A DNA stretch of 64,000 nt from assembly GCA_964016885.1 (NCBI GenBank), contig OZ024742.1, positions 73,160,001-73,224,000 of the forward strand, read 5' to 3'. This DNA is from Eledone cirrhosa (lineage: Eukaryota). The notes beneath the pieces are model-generated. The model did no database searches and was not told the origin of the DNA. It saw only the letters and a list, made by a program, of their open reading frames with translations. Below, in pieces: positions 25,801 through 43,800 of the stretch; the stretch's first letter is position 1, and each line of letters starts with the position of its first letter. The translations under genes were made by a program, and so were the position numbers.

Positions 25801-28800
25801 CACTCGCATAGCACATTTAGTGGACCATGTACACTAACATAACACATTTAGTGGACCATGTACACTAACATAACACATTTAGTGGACCATGTACACACTA
25901 ACATAACACATTTTGTAGACCATGTACACTAACATAACACATTTAGTGGACCATGTACACACTGACATAACACATTTAGAGGACCATGTATGCTAACATA
26001 ACACATTTAGAGGACCATGTACACTAGCATAACACATTTAGTGGACCATGTACACACTAACATAACAAATTTAGAGGACCATGGATACTAGCATAACATA
26101 TTTAGAGGACCATGTACATTAGCATAACACATTTAGGGACCATGCACACTAACATAACACATTTAGAGGACCATAGACACTAGCATAACACATTTAGTGG
26201 ACCATGTACACTAACATAACACATTTAGAGAACAATGTACACACTAGCATAACACATTTAGAGCACCATGTACACTAGCATAACACAGAGGACCATGTAC
26301 ACACTAGCATAACATATTTAGAGGACCATGTACACTAACATATCACATTTAGTGGAACATGTACACACTAACATAACACATTTAGAGGACCATGTACACA
26401 CTACCATAACACATTTAGAGGATCATGGACACTAGCATAACACATTTAGTGGAACATGTACACTAAAATAACACATTTAGTGGACCATGTACACTAGCAT
26501 AATACATTTAGTGGACCATGTACACTAACATAACACATTTAGTGGATCATGTACACTCTAGCATAACACATTTAGAGCACCATGTACACTAGCATAACAC
26601 AGAGGACCATGTACACACTAGCATAACATATTTAGTGGACCATGTACACACTAGCATAACATATTTAGTGGACCATGTACACTAACATAACACATTTAGT
26701 GGACCATGTACAAACTAACATAACACATTTAGTGGACCATGTACACTAACATAACACATTTAGTGGATCATGTACACTAACATAACACGTTTAGTGGACC
26801 ATGTACACTAGCATAACACATTTAGAGGACCATGTACACTAACATAACACATTTAGAAGACCATGTACACTAACATAACACATTTAGTGGAACATGTACA
26901 CTAACATAACACGTTTAGTGGACCATGTACAAACTAACATAACACATTTAGTGGACAATGTACACACTAACATAACACATTTAGTAGACCATGTACACTA
27001 ACATAACACATTTAGAGGACCATGTACACTAGCATAACACATTTAGAGGACCATGTACACTAACATAACACATTTAGAGGACCATGTACACTAACATAAC
27101 ACATTTAGAGGACCATGTACACTAACATAACACATTTAGTGGACCATGTACACTAATATAACACATTTAGAGGACCATGTACACTAATATAACACATTTA
27201 GAGGACCATGTACACTAACATAACACATTTAGAGGACCATGTACACTAACATAACACATTTAGTTTGACCATGTACACTAATATAACACATTTAGTGGAC
27301 CATGTACACTAATATAACACATTTAGTGGACCATATACACTAACATAACACATTTAGTGGACCATGTACACTAACATAACACATTTAGTGGACCATGTAC
27401 ACTAATATAACACATTTAGAGGACCATGTACACTAATATAACACATTTAGAGGACCATGTACACTAACATAACACGTTTAGAGGACCATGTACACTAACA
27501 TAACACATTTAGTTTGACCATGTACACTAATATAACACATTTAGTGGACCATGTACACTAACATAACACATTTAGAGGACCATGTACACTAGCATAACAG
27601 ATTTAGAGGACCATGTACACACTAGCATAACATATTTCAAGCACCATGTACACTAGCATAACACAGAGGACCATGTACACACTAACGTAACACATTTAGT
27701 AGAACATGTACACTAACATAACACATTTAGTGCACCATGTATACTAGCATAACACATTTAAAGGACCATGTACACTAACATAACACATTGAGAGGACTAT
27801 GTACACACTAGCATAACACATTTAGAGGACCATGGACACTAGCATAACACAGAGGACCATGTACACACTAGCATAACATATTTAGAGGACCATGTACACT
27901 AACATATCACATTTAGTGAAACATGTACACACTCACATAACACATTTAGAGGACCATGTACACTAACATAACACATTTAGAGGACCATGGACACTAGCAT
28001 AACACATTTAGAGGACCATGTACACTAACATAACACATTTAGAGGACCATGTACACTAACATAACGCATTTAGAGGACCATGTACACTAACATAACACAT
28101 TTAGTGGAACATGTACACTAACATAACACATTTAGAGGACCATGTAAACACTAGCATAACACATTTAGAGCACCATGTAAGCTAGCATAACAGAGAGGAC
28201 CATGTACACACTAGCATAACATATTTAGTGGACCATGTACACTAACATGACACATTTAGTGGACCATGTACAAACTAACATGACACATTTAGTGGACCAT
28301 GTACACTAACATAACACATTTAGTGGACCATGTACACTAATATAACACATTTAGAGGACCATGTACACTAATATAACACATTTAGAGGACCATGTACACT
28401 AACATAACACATTTAGAGGACCATGTACACTAACATAACACATTTAGTGGACCATGTACACTAATATAACACATTTAGTGGACCATGTACACTAATATAA
28501 CACATTTAGTGGACCATATACACTAACATAGCACATTTAGAGGACCATGTACACTAGCATAACACATTTAGAGGACCATGTACACACTAGCATAACATAT
28601 TTCAAGCACCATGTACACTAGCATAACACAGAGGACCATGTACACACTAACGTAACACATTTAGTAGACCATGTACACTAACATAACACATTTAGTGGAC
28701 CATGTATACTAGCATAACACATTTAAAGGACCATGTACACTAACATAACACATTGAGAGGACTATGTACACACTAGCATAACACATTTAGAGGACCATGG

Positions 28801-31800
28801 ACACTAGCATAACACAGAGGACCATGTACACACTAGCATAACATATTTAGAGGACCATGTACACTAACATATCACATTTAGTGGAACATGTACACACTCA
28901 CATAACACATTTAGAGGACCATGTACACTAACATAACACATTTAGAGGACCATGGACACTAGCATAACACATTTCGAGGACCATGTACACTAAAATAACA
29001 CATTTAGTGGACCATGTACACTAGCATAACACATTTATTGGAACATGTACACTAACATAACACATTTAGTGGATCATGTACACCCTAGTATAACACATAT
29101 AGAGCACCATGTACACTAGCATAACACAGAGGACCATGTACACACTAGCATAACATATTTAGTGGACCATGTACACTAACATAACACATTTAGTGGACCA
29201 TGTACAAACTAACATAACACATTTAGTGGACCATGTACACACTAACATAACACATTTAGTAGACCATGTACACTAACATAACACATTTAGTGGACCATGT
29301 ACACTAGCATAACACATTTAGAGGACCATGTACACTAACATAACACATTTAGAAGACCATGTACACACTAACATAACACATTTAGTGGACCATCTACACT
29401 AATATAACACATTTAGAGGACAATGTACACTAGCATAACACATTTAGAGGACCATGTACACTAACATAACACATTTAGAGGACCATGTAAACACTAGCAT
29501 AACACATTTAGAGCACCATGTACACTAGCATAACACAGAGGACCATGTACACACTAGCATAACATATTTAGAGGACCATGTACACTAACATATCACATTT
29601 AGTGGAACATGTACACACTAACATAACACATTTAGAGGACCATGTACACTAAGATAACACATTTAGAGGACCATGTACACACTAGCATAACACATTTAGA
29701 GGACCATGGACAATAGCATAACACATTTAGAGGACCATGTACACTAAAATAACACATTTAGTGGATCATGTACACTAGCATAACACATTTAGTGGACCAT
29801 GTACATTAACATAACACATTTAGTGGACCATGTACACACTAGCATAACACATTTAGAGGACCATGTACACTAACATAACACATTTAGAGGACCATGTACA
29901 CACTAGCATAACACATTTAGAGCACCATGTACACTAGCATAACACAGAAGACCATGTACACACTAGCATAACATATTTAGTGGACCATGTACACTAACAT
30001 AACACATTTAGTGGACCATGTATACTAGCATAACACATTTAAAGGACCATGTAGACTAACATAACACATTGAGAGGACTATGTACACACTAGAATAACAC
30101 ATTTAGAGCACCATGTACACTAGCGTAACACATTTAGAGCACCATGTACACTAGCGTAACACATTTAGGGGACCATGTACACTAGCGTAACACATTTAGT
30201 GGACCATGTACACGAGCATAACACATTTAAAGGACCATGTACACTAACATAACACATTGAGAGGACTATGTACACACTAGCATAACACATTTAGAGGACC
30301 ATGGACACTAGCATAACACAGAGGACCATGTACACACTAGCATAACATATTTAGAGGACCATGTACACTAACATATCACATTTAGTGGAACATGTACACA
30401 CTCACATAACACATTTAGAGGACCATGTACACTAAAATAACACATTTAGAGGACCATGTAAACACTAGCATAACACATTTAGAGGAGCATGGACACTAGC
30501 ATAAGACATTTAGAGGACCATGTACACTAAAATAACACATTTAGTGGACCATGTACACTAACATAACACATTTAGTGGATCATGTACACCCTAGTATAAC
30601 ACATATAGAGCACCATGTACACTAGCATAACACAGAGGACCATGTACACACTAGCATAACATATTTAGTGGACCATGTACACTAACTTAACACATTTAGT
30701 GGACCATGTACAAACTAACATAACACATTTAGTGGACCATGTACACACTAACATAACACATTTAGTAGACCATGTACACTAACATAACACATTTAGTGGA
30801 CCATGTACACTAGCATATCACATTTAGAGGACCATGTACACTAACATAACACATTTAGAAGACCATGTACACACTAACATAATACATTTAGTGGACTATC
30901 TACACTAACATAACACATTTAGAGGACCATGTACAATAGCATAACACATTTAGAGGACCATGTACACTAACATAACACATTTAGAGGACCATGTACACTA
31001 AAATAACACATTTAGAGGACCATGTACACTAACATAACACATTTAGTGGAATATGTACACTAACATAACACATTTAGAGGACCATGTACACACTAGCATA
31101 GCACATTTACTGGACCATGTACACTAACATAACGCACTTAGAGGACCATGTACCCACTAGCATAACACATTTAGAGCACCATGTACACTAGCATAACACG
31201 GAGGACCATGTACACACTAGCATAACATATTTAGTGGACCATGTACACTAACATAACACATTTAGTGGACCATGTACAAACTAACATGACACATTTAGTG
31301 GATCATGTACACACTAGCATAACATATTTAGAGGACCATGTACACTAAAATAACACATTTGGGGGACCATGTACACTAACATAACACATTTAGAGGACTA
31401 TGGACACTAACATAGCACATTTAGAGGACCATGTACACTACCATAACACAGAGGACCATATAAACACTAGCATAACACATTTAGTGGACCATGTACACTA
31501 ACATAACACATTTAGTGGACCATTTACACTAACATAACACATTTAGTGGACCATGTACACTAGCCTAAAACATTTAGAGGACCATGTACACTAACATAAC
31601 ACATTTAGTGTACCATTTACACTAACATAACACATTTGGAGGACCATGTACACTAGCATAACACAGAGGATCATGTACACTAACATAACATATTTACTGG
31701 ACCTTGTACACTAACATAACACGTTTAGTGGACCATGGACACTAACATAACACATTTAGTGGACCATGTACACTTACATAACATATTTAGTGGATCATGT

Positions 31801-34800
31801 ATGCTAACATAACATATTTAGTGGACCATGTACACTAACATAACACATTTAGTGGACCATGTACACACTAGCATAACACATTTAGAACACCATGTACACT
31901 AACATAATACATTTAGTGTTTCATGTACACTCTATCATAACACATTTAGTGGACCATGTACACTAACATAACACATTTAGTAGACCATGCACACTAACAT
32001 AACTCATTTAGTGGACCATATAAACTAACATAATATATTTAGTGGACCATGTACACTAACGTAACACATTTAGAGGACCATGTACACTAACATAACACAT
32101 TTAGAGAACCATGTACACTACCATAACACAGAGGACCATGTAAACACTAGCATAACACATTTAGTGGACCATGTACACCAACATAACACATTTAGAGGAC
32201 CATGTACACTAACATAACACATTTAGAGGACCATGTACACTAGCATAACACATTTAGTGGACCATTTACACTAACATAACACATTTAGAAGACCATGTAC
32301 ACTAACATATCACATTTAGAGGACCATGTACAGTAACATAACACTTTTAGTGGACCATGTACACTAATATAACACATTTAGAGGACCATGTACACTGCCA
32401 TAACACAGAGGACCATGTACACACTAGCATAACACATTTAGTGGACCAAGTACACTAGCATAACACATCTAGAGGACCATGTACACTAACATAACACATT
32501 TAGAGGACCATGTACACTCTAGCATAACACATTTAGTGGACCATGTACACACTAGCATAACACATTTGGAGGACCACGTATACACTAGCATAACATATTT
32601 AAAGGACCATGTACACTAACATAACACATTTAGAGGACCATGTTCACTAGCGTAACACCGTGGACCATGTACACACTAGCAAATCACATTTAAAGGACCA
32701 TTTAAACTAACATAACACATTTAGTGGACCACGTACACACTAACATGACACATTTAGAGAAAGATGTACACTAGTATAACACATTTAGTGGGTCATGTAC
32801 ACTAACATAACACATTTAGAGGACTATGTACACTACCATAACACATTTAGAGGACCATGTACACACTAGCATAACACCTTTAGAGGACCATGTACACTAA
32901 CATAACACATTTAGTGGATCATGTACACTAACATAACACACTTAGAGGACCATGTACACACTAGCATAACACATTTAGAGGACCATGTACACTAGCATAA
33001 CACGTTTAGAGGACCATGTCGACTAACATAACATATTTAGAAGACCATGTACACTAACATAACACATTTAGTGGACCATGTACACTAACATAACACATTT
33101 AGTGGACCATGTACACTAACATAACACATTTAGTGGACCATGTACACTGATATAACCCATTTAGTCGACCATGTCCACTAACATGACAAATTTAGTGGAC
33201 CATGTACACACTAGCATAACACCTTTAGAGGACCATGTACACTAACATAACACATTTAGTGGATCATGTACACTAACATAACACATTTAGTGGATCATGT
33301 ACACTAACATAACACACTTAGAGGACAATGTACACACTAGCATAACACATTTAGAGGACCATGTACACTAACATAACGCATTTAGTGGATCATGTACACT
33401 AACATAACACACTTAGAGGACCATGTACACACTAGCATAACACATTTAGAGGACCATGTACACTAGCATAACACGTTTAGAGGACCATGTCGACTAACAT
33501 AACACATTTACAGGACCATGTACACTAACATAACACATTTAGTGGACCATGTACACTAACATAACACATTTAGTGGACCATGTACACTAACATAACACAT
33601 TTAGTGGACCATGTACACTAACATAACACATTTAGTGGACCATGTACACTAACATAACACATTTAGTGGACCATTTACACTAACATAACACATTTAGTGG
33701 ACCATGTACACACTAGCATAACACATTTAGAGGACCATGTACACTAACATAACACATTTAGTGGACCATGTACACTGATATAACCCATTTAGTCGACCAT
33801 GTACACTAACATAAAACATTTAGAGGACCATGTCCACTAACATAACAAATTTAGTGGACCATGTACACTAACATAACACATTTAGTGGACCATGTACACT
33901 AACATAACACATTTTGTGGTCCATGTACACACTAGCATAACACATTTAGAGGAACATGTACACTAACATAACACTTTTATTGGACCATGTACACTCACAT
34001 AACACATTTAGAGGACCATGTACACTAACATAACACATTTAGTGGACCATGTACACTAACATTACACATTTAGTGGACTATGTACACTAACATAACACAT
34101 TTAGAGGACCATGTACACACTAGCATAACATATTTAGAGGACCATGTACACTAAAATAACACATTTGGTGGACCATGTACACTAACATCACACCATTAAA
34201 GGACTATGGACACTAACATAGCACATTTAGAGACCATGTACACTACCATAACACAGAGGACCATGTAAACACTAGCAAAACACATTTAGTGGACCATGTA
34301 CACTAACATAACACATTTAGAGGACCATGTACACTAACATAACACATTTAGAAAACCATGTACACACTAGCATAACACATTTAGTGGACCATTTACACTA
34401 ACATAACACATTTAGTGGACTATGTACACTAACATCATACATTTAGAGGACCATGTACACTAGCAGAACAAATTTAGAGGACCATGTACAGTAATATTAC
34501 ACATTTAGTGGACCATGTACACTAATATAACACATTTAGAGGACCATGTACACTAACATAACACATTTAGAGGACCATGTACACACTAGCATAACGCATT
34601 TAGTGGACCATGTACACTAACATAACACATTTAGAGGACCATGTACACTCTAGCATAACACATTTATTGGACCATGTACACTAACATAACACATTTAGAG
34701 GACCATGTACACTCTAGCATAACACATTTAGTGGACCATGTACACTAACATAACACATTTAGAGGACCATGTACACTAGCATAACACCGAGGACCATGTA

Positions 34801-37800
34801 CACAGTAGCAAATCACATTTAAAGGACCATGTACACTAACATAACACATTTAGTGGACCATGTACACACTAACATGACACATTTAGAGAAAGATGTACAC
34901 TAGTATAACACATTTAGTGGCCCATGTACACTAACATAACACATTTAGAGGACTATGTACACTAACATAACACATTTAGAGGACCATGTAAACTAACATA
35001 TCACATTTAGAGGACCATGTACAGTAACATAACACTTTTAGTGGACCATGTACACTAATATAACACATTTAGAGGACCATGTACACACTAGCATAACACA
35101 TTTAGTGGACCATGTACACTAGCATAACACATTTAGAGGACCATGTACACTCTAGCATAACACATTTAGTGGACCATGTACACTAACATAACACATTTAG
35201 AGGACCATGTACACACTAGCATAACACATTTAGTGGACCATGTACACTAACATAACACATTTAGAGGACCATGTACACTCTAGCATAACACATTTAGTGG
35301 ACCATGTACACACTAGCATAACACATTTAGTGGACCATGTACACACTAAGATAACACATTTAGAGGACCATGTACACTAACATAACACATTTAGAGGACC
35401 ATGTACACTAACATAACACATTTAGAGGACCATGTACACTCTAGCATAACACATTTAGTGGACCATGTACACTAACATAACACATTTAGAGGACCATGTA
35501 CACACTAGCATAACACATTTAGTGGACCATGTACACTAACATAACACATTTAGAGGACCATGTACACTCTAGCATAACACATTTAGTGGACCATGTACAC
35601 TAACATAACACATTTAGAGGACCATGTACACTCTAGCATAACACATTTAGTGGACCATGTACACTAACATAACACATTTAGAGGACCATGTACACTAGCG
35701 TAACACCGAGGACCATGTACACAGTAGCAAATCACATTTAAAGGACCATGTACACTAACATAACACATTTAGTGGACCATGTACACACTAACATGACACA
35801 TTTAGAGAAAGATGTACACTAGTATAACACATTTAGTGGCCCATGTACACTAACATAACACAATTAGAGGACTATGTACACTAACATAACACATTTAGAG
35901 GACCATGTAAACTAACATATCACATTTAGAGGACCATGTACAGTAACATAACACTTTTAGTGGACCATGTGCACTAATATAACACATTTAGAGGACCATG
36001 TACACACTAGCATAACACATTTAGTGGACCATGTACACTAGCATAACACATTTAGAGGACCATGTATACTAAGATAACACATTTAGAGAACCATGTACAC
36101 TTGCATAACACATTTAGTGGACCATGTACACTAACATAACACATTTAGAGGATAATGTATAATAACATAACACATTTAGTGGACCATGTACACACTAGCA
36201 TAACACATTTAGTGGACCATGTACACTAACATAACACATTTAGTCGACCATGTACACGAACATAACACATTTAGAGGATAATGTACACTAACATAACACA
36301 TTTAGAGGACCATGTACACACTAGCATAACACATTTAGTGGACCATTTACACTAACATAACACATTTAGAGGACCATGTACACTAGCGTAACACCGAGGA
36401 CCATGTACACAGTAGCAAATCACATTTAAAGGACCATGTACACTAACATAACACATTTAGTGGACCATGTACACACTAACATGACACATTTAGAGAAAGA
36501 TGTACACTAGTATAACACATTTAGTGGCCCATGTACACTAACATAACACATTTAGAGGACTATGTACACTAACATAACACATTTAGAGGACCATGTAAAC
36601 TAACATATCACATTTAGAGGACCATGTACAGTAACATAACACTTTTAGTGGACCATGTACACTAATATAACACATTTAGAGGACCATGTACACACTAGCA
36701 TAACACATTTAGTGGACCATGTACACTAGCATAACACATTTAGAGGACCATGTACACTCTAGCATAACACATTTAGTGGACCATGTACACTAACATAACA
36801 CATTTAGAGGACCATGTACACACTAGCATAACACATTTAGTGGACCATGTACACTAACATAACACATTTAGAGGACCATGTACACTCTAGCATAACACAT
36901 TTAGTGGACCATGTACACACTAGCATAACACATTTAGTGGACCATGTACACACTAAGATAACACATTTAGAGGACCATGTACACTAACATAACACATTTA
37001 GAGGACCATGTACACTAACATAACACATTTAGAGGACCATGTACACTCTAGCATAACACATTTAGTGGACCATGTACACTAACATAACACATTTAGAGGA
37101 CCATGTACACACTAGCATAACACATTTAGTGGACCATGTACACTAACATAACACATTTAGAGGACCATGTACACTCTAGCATAACACATTTAGTGGACCA
37201 TGTACACTAACATAACACATTTAGAGGACCATGTACACTAGCGTAACACCGAGGACCATGTACACAGTAGCAAATCACATTTAAAGGACCATGTACACTA
37301 ACATAACACATTTAGTGGACCATGTACACACTAACATGACACATTTAGAGAAAGATGTACACTAGTATAACACATTTAGTGGCCCATGTACACTAACATA
37401 ACACAATTAGAGGACTATGTACACTAACATAACACATTTAGAGGACCATGTAAACTAACATATCACATTTAGAGGACCATGTACAGTAACATAACACTTT
37501 TAGTGGACCATGTGCACTAATATAACACATTTAGAGGACCATGTACACACTAGCATAACACATTTAGTGGACCATGTACACTAGCATAACACATTTAGAG
37601 GACCATGTATACTAAGATAACACATTTAGAGAACCATGTACACTTGCATAACACATTTAGTGGACCATGTACACTAACATAACACATTTAGAGGATAATG
37701 TATAATAACATAACACATTTAGTGGACCATGTACACACTAGCATAACACATTTAGTGGACCATGTACACTAACATAACACATTTAGTCGACCATGTACAC

Positions 37801-40800
37801 GAACATAACACATTTAGAGGATAATGTACACTAACATAACACATTTAGAGGACCATGTACACACTAGCATAACACATTTAGTGGACCATTTACACTAACA
37901 TAACACATTTAGAGGACCATGTACACTAGCGTAACACCGAGGACCATGTACACAGTAGCAAATCACATTTAAAGGACCATGTACACTAACATAACACATT
38001 TAGTGGACCATGTACACACTAACATGACACATTTAGAGAAAGATGTACACTAGTATAACACATTTAGTGGCCCATGTACACTAACATAACACATTTAGAG
38101 GACTATGTACACTAACATAACACATTTAGAGGACCATGTAAACTAACATATCACATTTAGAGGACCATGTACAGTAACATAACACTTTTAGTGGACCATG
38201 TACACTAATATAACACATTTAGAGGACCATGTACACACTAGCATAACACATTTAGTGGACCATGTACACTAGCATAACACATTTAGAGGACCATGTACAC
38301 TCTAGCATAACACATTTAGTGGACCATGTACACTAACATAACACATTTAGAGGACCATGTACACACTAGCATAACACATTTAGTGGACCATGTACACTAA
38401 CATAACACATTTAGAGGACCATGTACACTCTAGCATAACACATTTAGTGGACCATGTACACACTAGCATAACACATTTAGTGGACCATGTACACACTAAG
38501 ATAACACATTTAGAGGACCATGTACACTAACATAACACATTTAGAGGACCATGTACACTAACATAACACATTTAGAGGACCATGTACACTCTAGCATAAC
38601 ACATTTAGTGGACCATGTACACTAACATAACACATTTAGAGGACCATGTACACACTAGCATAACACATTTAGTGGACCATGTACACTAACATAACACATT
38701 TAGAGGACCATGTACACTCTAGCATAACACATTTAGTGGACCATGTACACTAACATAACACATTTAGAGGACCATGTACACTCTAGCATAACACATTTAG
38801 TGGACCATGTACACTAACATAACACATTTAGAGGACCATGTACACTAGCGTAACACCGAGGACCATGTACACAGTAGCAAATCACATTTAAAGGACCATG
38901 TACACTAACATAACACATTTAGTGGACCATGTACACACTAACATGACACATTTAGAGAAAGATGTACACTAGTATAACACATTTAGTGGCCCATGTACAC
39001 TAACATAACACAATTAGAGGACTATGTACACTAACATAACACATTTAGAGGACCATGTAAACTAACATATCACATTTAGAGGACCATGTACAGTAACATA
39101 ACACTTTTAGTGGACCATGTGCACTAATATAACACATTTAGAGGACCATGTACACACTAGCATAACACATTTAGTGGACCATGTACACTAGCATAACACA
39201 TTTAGAGGACCATGTATACTAAGATAACACATTTAGAGAACCATGTACACTTGCATAACACATTTAGTGGACCATGTACACTAACATAACACATTTAGAG
39301 GATAATGTATAATAACATAACACATTTAGTGGACCATGTACACACTAGCATAACACATTTAGTGGACCATGTACACTAACATAACACATTTAGTCGACCA
39401 TGTACACGAACATAACACATTTAGAGGATAATGTACACTAACATAACACATTTAGAGGACCATGTACACACTAGCATAACACATTTAGTGGACCATTTAC
39501 ACTAACATAACACATTTAGAGGACCATGTACACTAGCGTAACACCGAGGACCATGTACACAGTAGCAAATCACATTTAAAGGACCATGTACACTAACATA
39601 ACACATTTAGTGGACCATGTACACACTAACATGACACATTTAGAGAAAGATGTACACTAGTATAACACATTTAGTGGCCCATGTACACTAACATAACACA
39701 TTTAGAGGACTATGTACACTAACATAACACATTTAGAGGACCATGTAAACTAACATATCACATTTAGAGGACCATGTACAGTAACATAACACTTTTAGTG
39801 GACCATGTACACTAATATAACACATTTAGAGGACCATGTACACACTAGCATAACACATTTAGTGGACCATGTACACTAGCATAACACATTTAGAGGACCA
39901 TGTACACTCTAGCATAACACATTTAGTGGACCATGTACACTAACATAACACATTTAGAGGACCATGTACACACTAGCATAACACATTTAGTGGACCATGT
40001 ACACTAACATAACACATTTAGAGGACCATGTACACTCTAGCATAACACATTTAGTGGACCATGTACACACTAGCATAACACATTTAGTGGACCATGTACA
40101 CACTAAGATAACACATTTAGAGGACCATGTACACTAACATAACACATTTAGAGGACCATGTACACTAACATAACACATTTAGAGGACCATGTACACTCTA
40201 GCATAACACATTTAGTGGACCATGTACACTAACATAACACATTTAGAGGACCATGTACACACTAGCATAACACATTTAGTGGACCATGTACACTAACATA
40301 ACACATTTAGAGGACCATGTACACTCTAGCATAACACATTTAGTGGACCATGTACACTAACATAACACATTTAGAGGACCATGTACACTAGCGTAACACC
40401 GAGGACCATGTACACAGTAGCAAATCACATTTAAAGGACCATGTACACTAACATAACACATTTAGTGGACCATGTACACACTAACATGACACATTTAGAG
40501 AAAGATGTACACTAGTATAACACATTTAGTGGCCCATGTACACTAACATAACACAATTAGAGGACTATGTACACTAACATAACACATTTAGAGGACCATG
40601 TAAACTAACATATCACATTTAGAGGACCATGTACAGTAACATAACACTTTTAGTGGACCATGTGCACTAATATAACACATTTAGAGGACCATGTACACAC
40701 TAGCATAACACATTTAGTGGACCATGTACACTAGCATAACACATTTAGAGGACCATGTATACTAAGATAACACATTTAGAGAACCATGTACACTTGCATA

Positions 40801-43800
40801 ACACATTTAGTGGACCATGTACACTAACATAACACATTTAGAGGATAATGTATAATAACATAACACATTTAGTGGACCATGTACACACTAGCATAACACA
40901 TTTAGTGGACCATGTACACTAACATAACACATTTAGTCAACCATGTACACGAACATAACACATTTAGAGGATAATGTACACTAACATAACACATTTAGAG
41001 GACCATGTACACACTAGCATAACACATTTAGTGGACCATTTACACTAACATAACACATTTAGAGGACCATGTACACTAGCGTAACACCGAGGACCATGTA
41101 CACAGTAGCAAATCACATTTAAAGGACCATGTACACTAACATAACACATTTAGTGGACCATGTACACACTAACATGACACATTTAGAGAAAGATGTACAC
41201 TAGTATAACACATTTAGTGGCCCATGTACACTAACATAACACATTTAGAGGACTATGTACACTAACATAACACATTTAGAGGACCATGTAAACTAACATA
41301 TCACATTTAGAGGACCATGTACAGTAACATAACACTTTTAGTGGACCATGTACACTAATATAACACATTTAGAGGACCATGTACACACTAGCATAACACA
41401 TTTAGTGGACCATGTACACTAGCATAACACATTTAGAGGACCATGTACACTCTAGCATAACACATTTAGTGGACCATGTACACTAACATAACACATTTAG
41501 AGGACCATGTACACACTAGCATAACACATTTAGTGGACCATGTACACTAACATAACACATTTAGAGGACCATGTACACTCTAGCATAACACATTTAGTGG
41601 ACCATGTACACACTAGCATAACACATTTAGTGGACCATGTACACACTAAGATAACACATTTAGAGGACCATGTACACTAACATAACACATTTAGAGGACC
41701 ATGTACACTAACATAACACATTTAGAGGACCATGTACACTCTAGCATAACACATTTAGTGGACCATGTACACTAACATAACACATTTAGAGGACCATGTA
41801 CACACTAGCATAACACATTTAGTGGACCATGTACACTAACATAACACATTTAGAGGACCATGTACACTCTAGCATAACACATTTAGTGGACCATGTACAC
41901 TAACATAACACATTTAGAGGACCATGTACACTCTAGCATAACACATTTAGTGGACCATGTACACTAACATAACACATTTAGAGGACCATGTACACTAGCG
42001 TAACACCGAGGACCATGTACACAGTAGCAAATCGCATTTAAAGGACCATGTACACTAACATAACACATTTAGTGGACCATGTACACACTAACATGACACA
42101 TTTAGAGAAAGATGTACACTAGTATAACACATTTAGTGGCCCATGTACACTAACATAACACAATTAGAGGACTATGTACACTAACATAACACATTTAGAG
42201 GACCATGTAAACTAACATATCACATTTAGAGGACCATGTACAGTAACATAACACTTTTAGTGGACCATGTGCACTAATATAACACATTTAGAGGACCATG
42301 TACACACTAGCATAACACATTTAGTGGACCATGTACACTAGCATAACACATTTAGAGGACCATGTATACTAAGATAACACATTTAGAGAACCATGTACAC
42401 TCTAGCATAACACATTTAGTGGACCATGTACACTAACATAACACATTTAGAGGACCATGTACACTCTAGCATAACACATTTAGTGGACCATGTACACTAA
42501 CATAACACATTTAGAGGACCATGTACACTAGCGTAACACCGAGGACCATGTACACAGTAGCAAATCACATTTAAAGGACCATGTACACTAACATAACACA
42601 TTTAGTGGACCATGTACACACTAACATGACACATTTAGAGAAAGATGTACACTAGTATAACACATTTAGTGGCCCATGTACACTAACATAACACAATTAG
42701 AGGACTATGTACACTAACATAACACATTTAGAGGACCATGTAAACTAACATATCACATTTAGAGGACCATGTACAGTAACATAACACTTTTAGTGGACCA
42801 TGTGCACTAATATAACACATTTAGAGGACCATGTACACACTAGCATAACACATTTAGTGGACCATGTACACTAGCATAACACATTTAGAGGACCATGTAT
42901 ACTAAGATAACACATTTAGAGAACCATGTACACTTGCATAACACATTTAGTGGACCATGTACACTAACATAACACATTTAGAGGATAATGTATAATAACA
43001 TAACACATTTAGTGGACCATGTACACACTAGCATAACACATTTAGTGGACCATGTACACTAACATAACACATTTAGTCGACCATGTACACGAACATAACA
43101 CATTTAGAGGATAATGTACACTAACATAACACATTTAGAGGACCATGTACACACTAGCATAACACATTTAGTGGACCATTTACACTAACATAACACATTT
43201 AGTGGACCATGTACACTAACATAACACATTTAGTGGACCATGTACACTAACATAACATATTTAGTGGACCATGTACACTAACATAACACATTTAGTGGAC
43301 CATGTACGCTAACATAACATATTTAGTGGACCATGTACACTAACATAACACATTTAGAGGACCATGTACAGTAACATAACACATTTAGTGGACCATGTAC
43401 ACTAATATAACACATTTAGAGGACCATGTACACACTAGCATAACACATTTAGTGGACCATGTACACACTAGCATAACACATTTAGTGGACCATGTACACA
43501 AACATAACACATTTAGTGGACCATGTACACACTAGCATAACACATTTAGAGGACTACGTACACTAACATAACACATTTAGTGGACCATGTACACACTAAG
43601 ATAACACATTTAGAGGACCATGTACACTAACATAACACATTTAGTGGACCATGTATACTAACATAACACATTTAGTGGACCATGTACACTAACATAACAC
43701 ATTTAGTGGACCATGTACACTAACATAACACATTTAGTGGACCATGTACACACTAGCATAACACATTTAGAGGACCATGTACACACTAGCATAACATATT

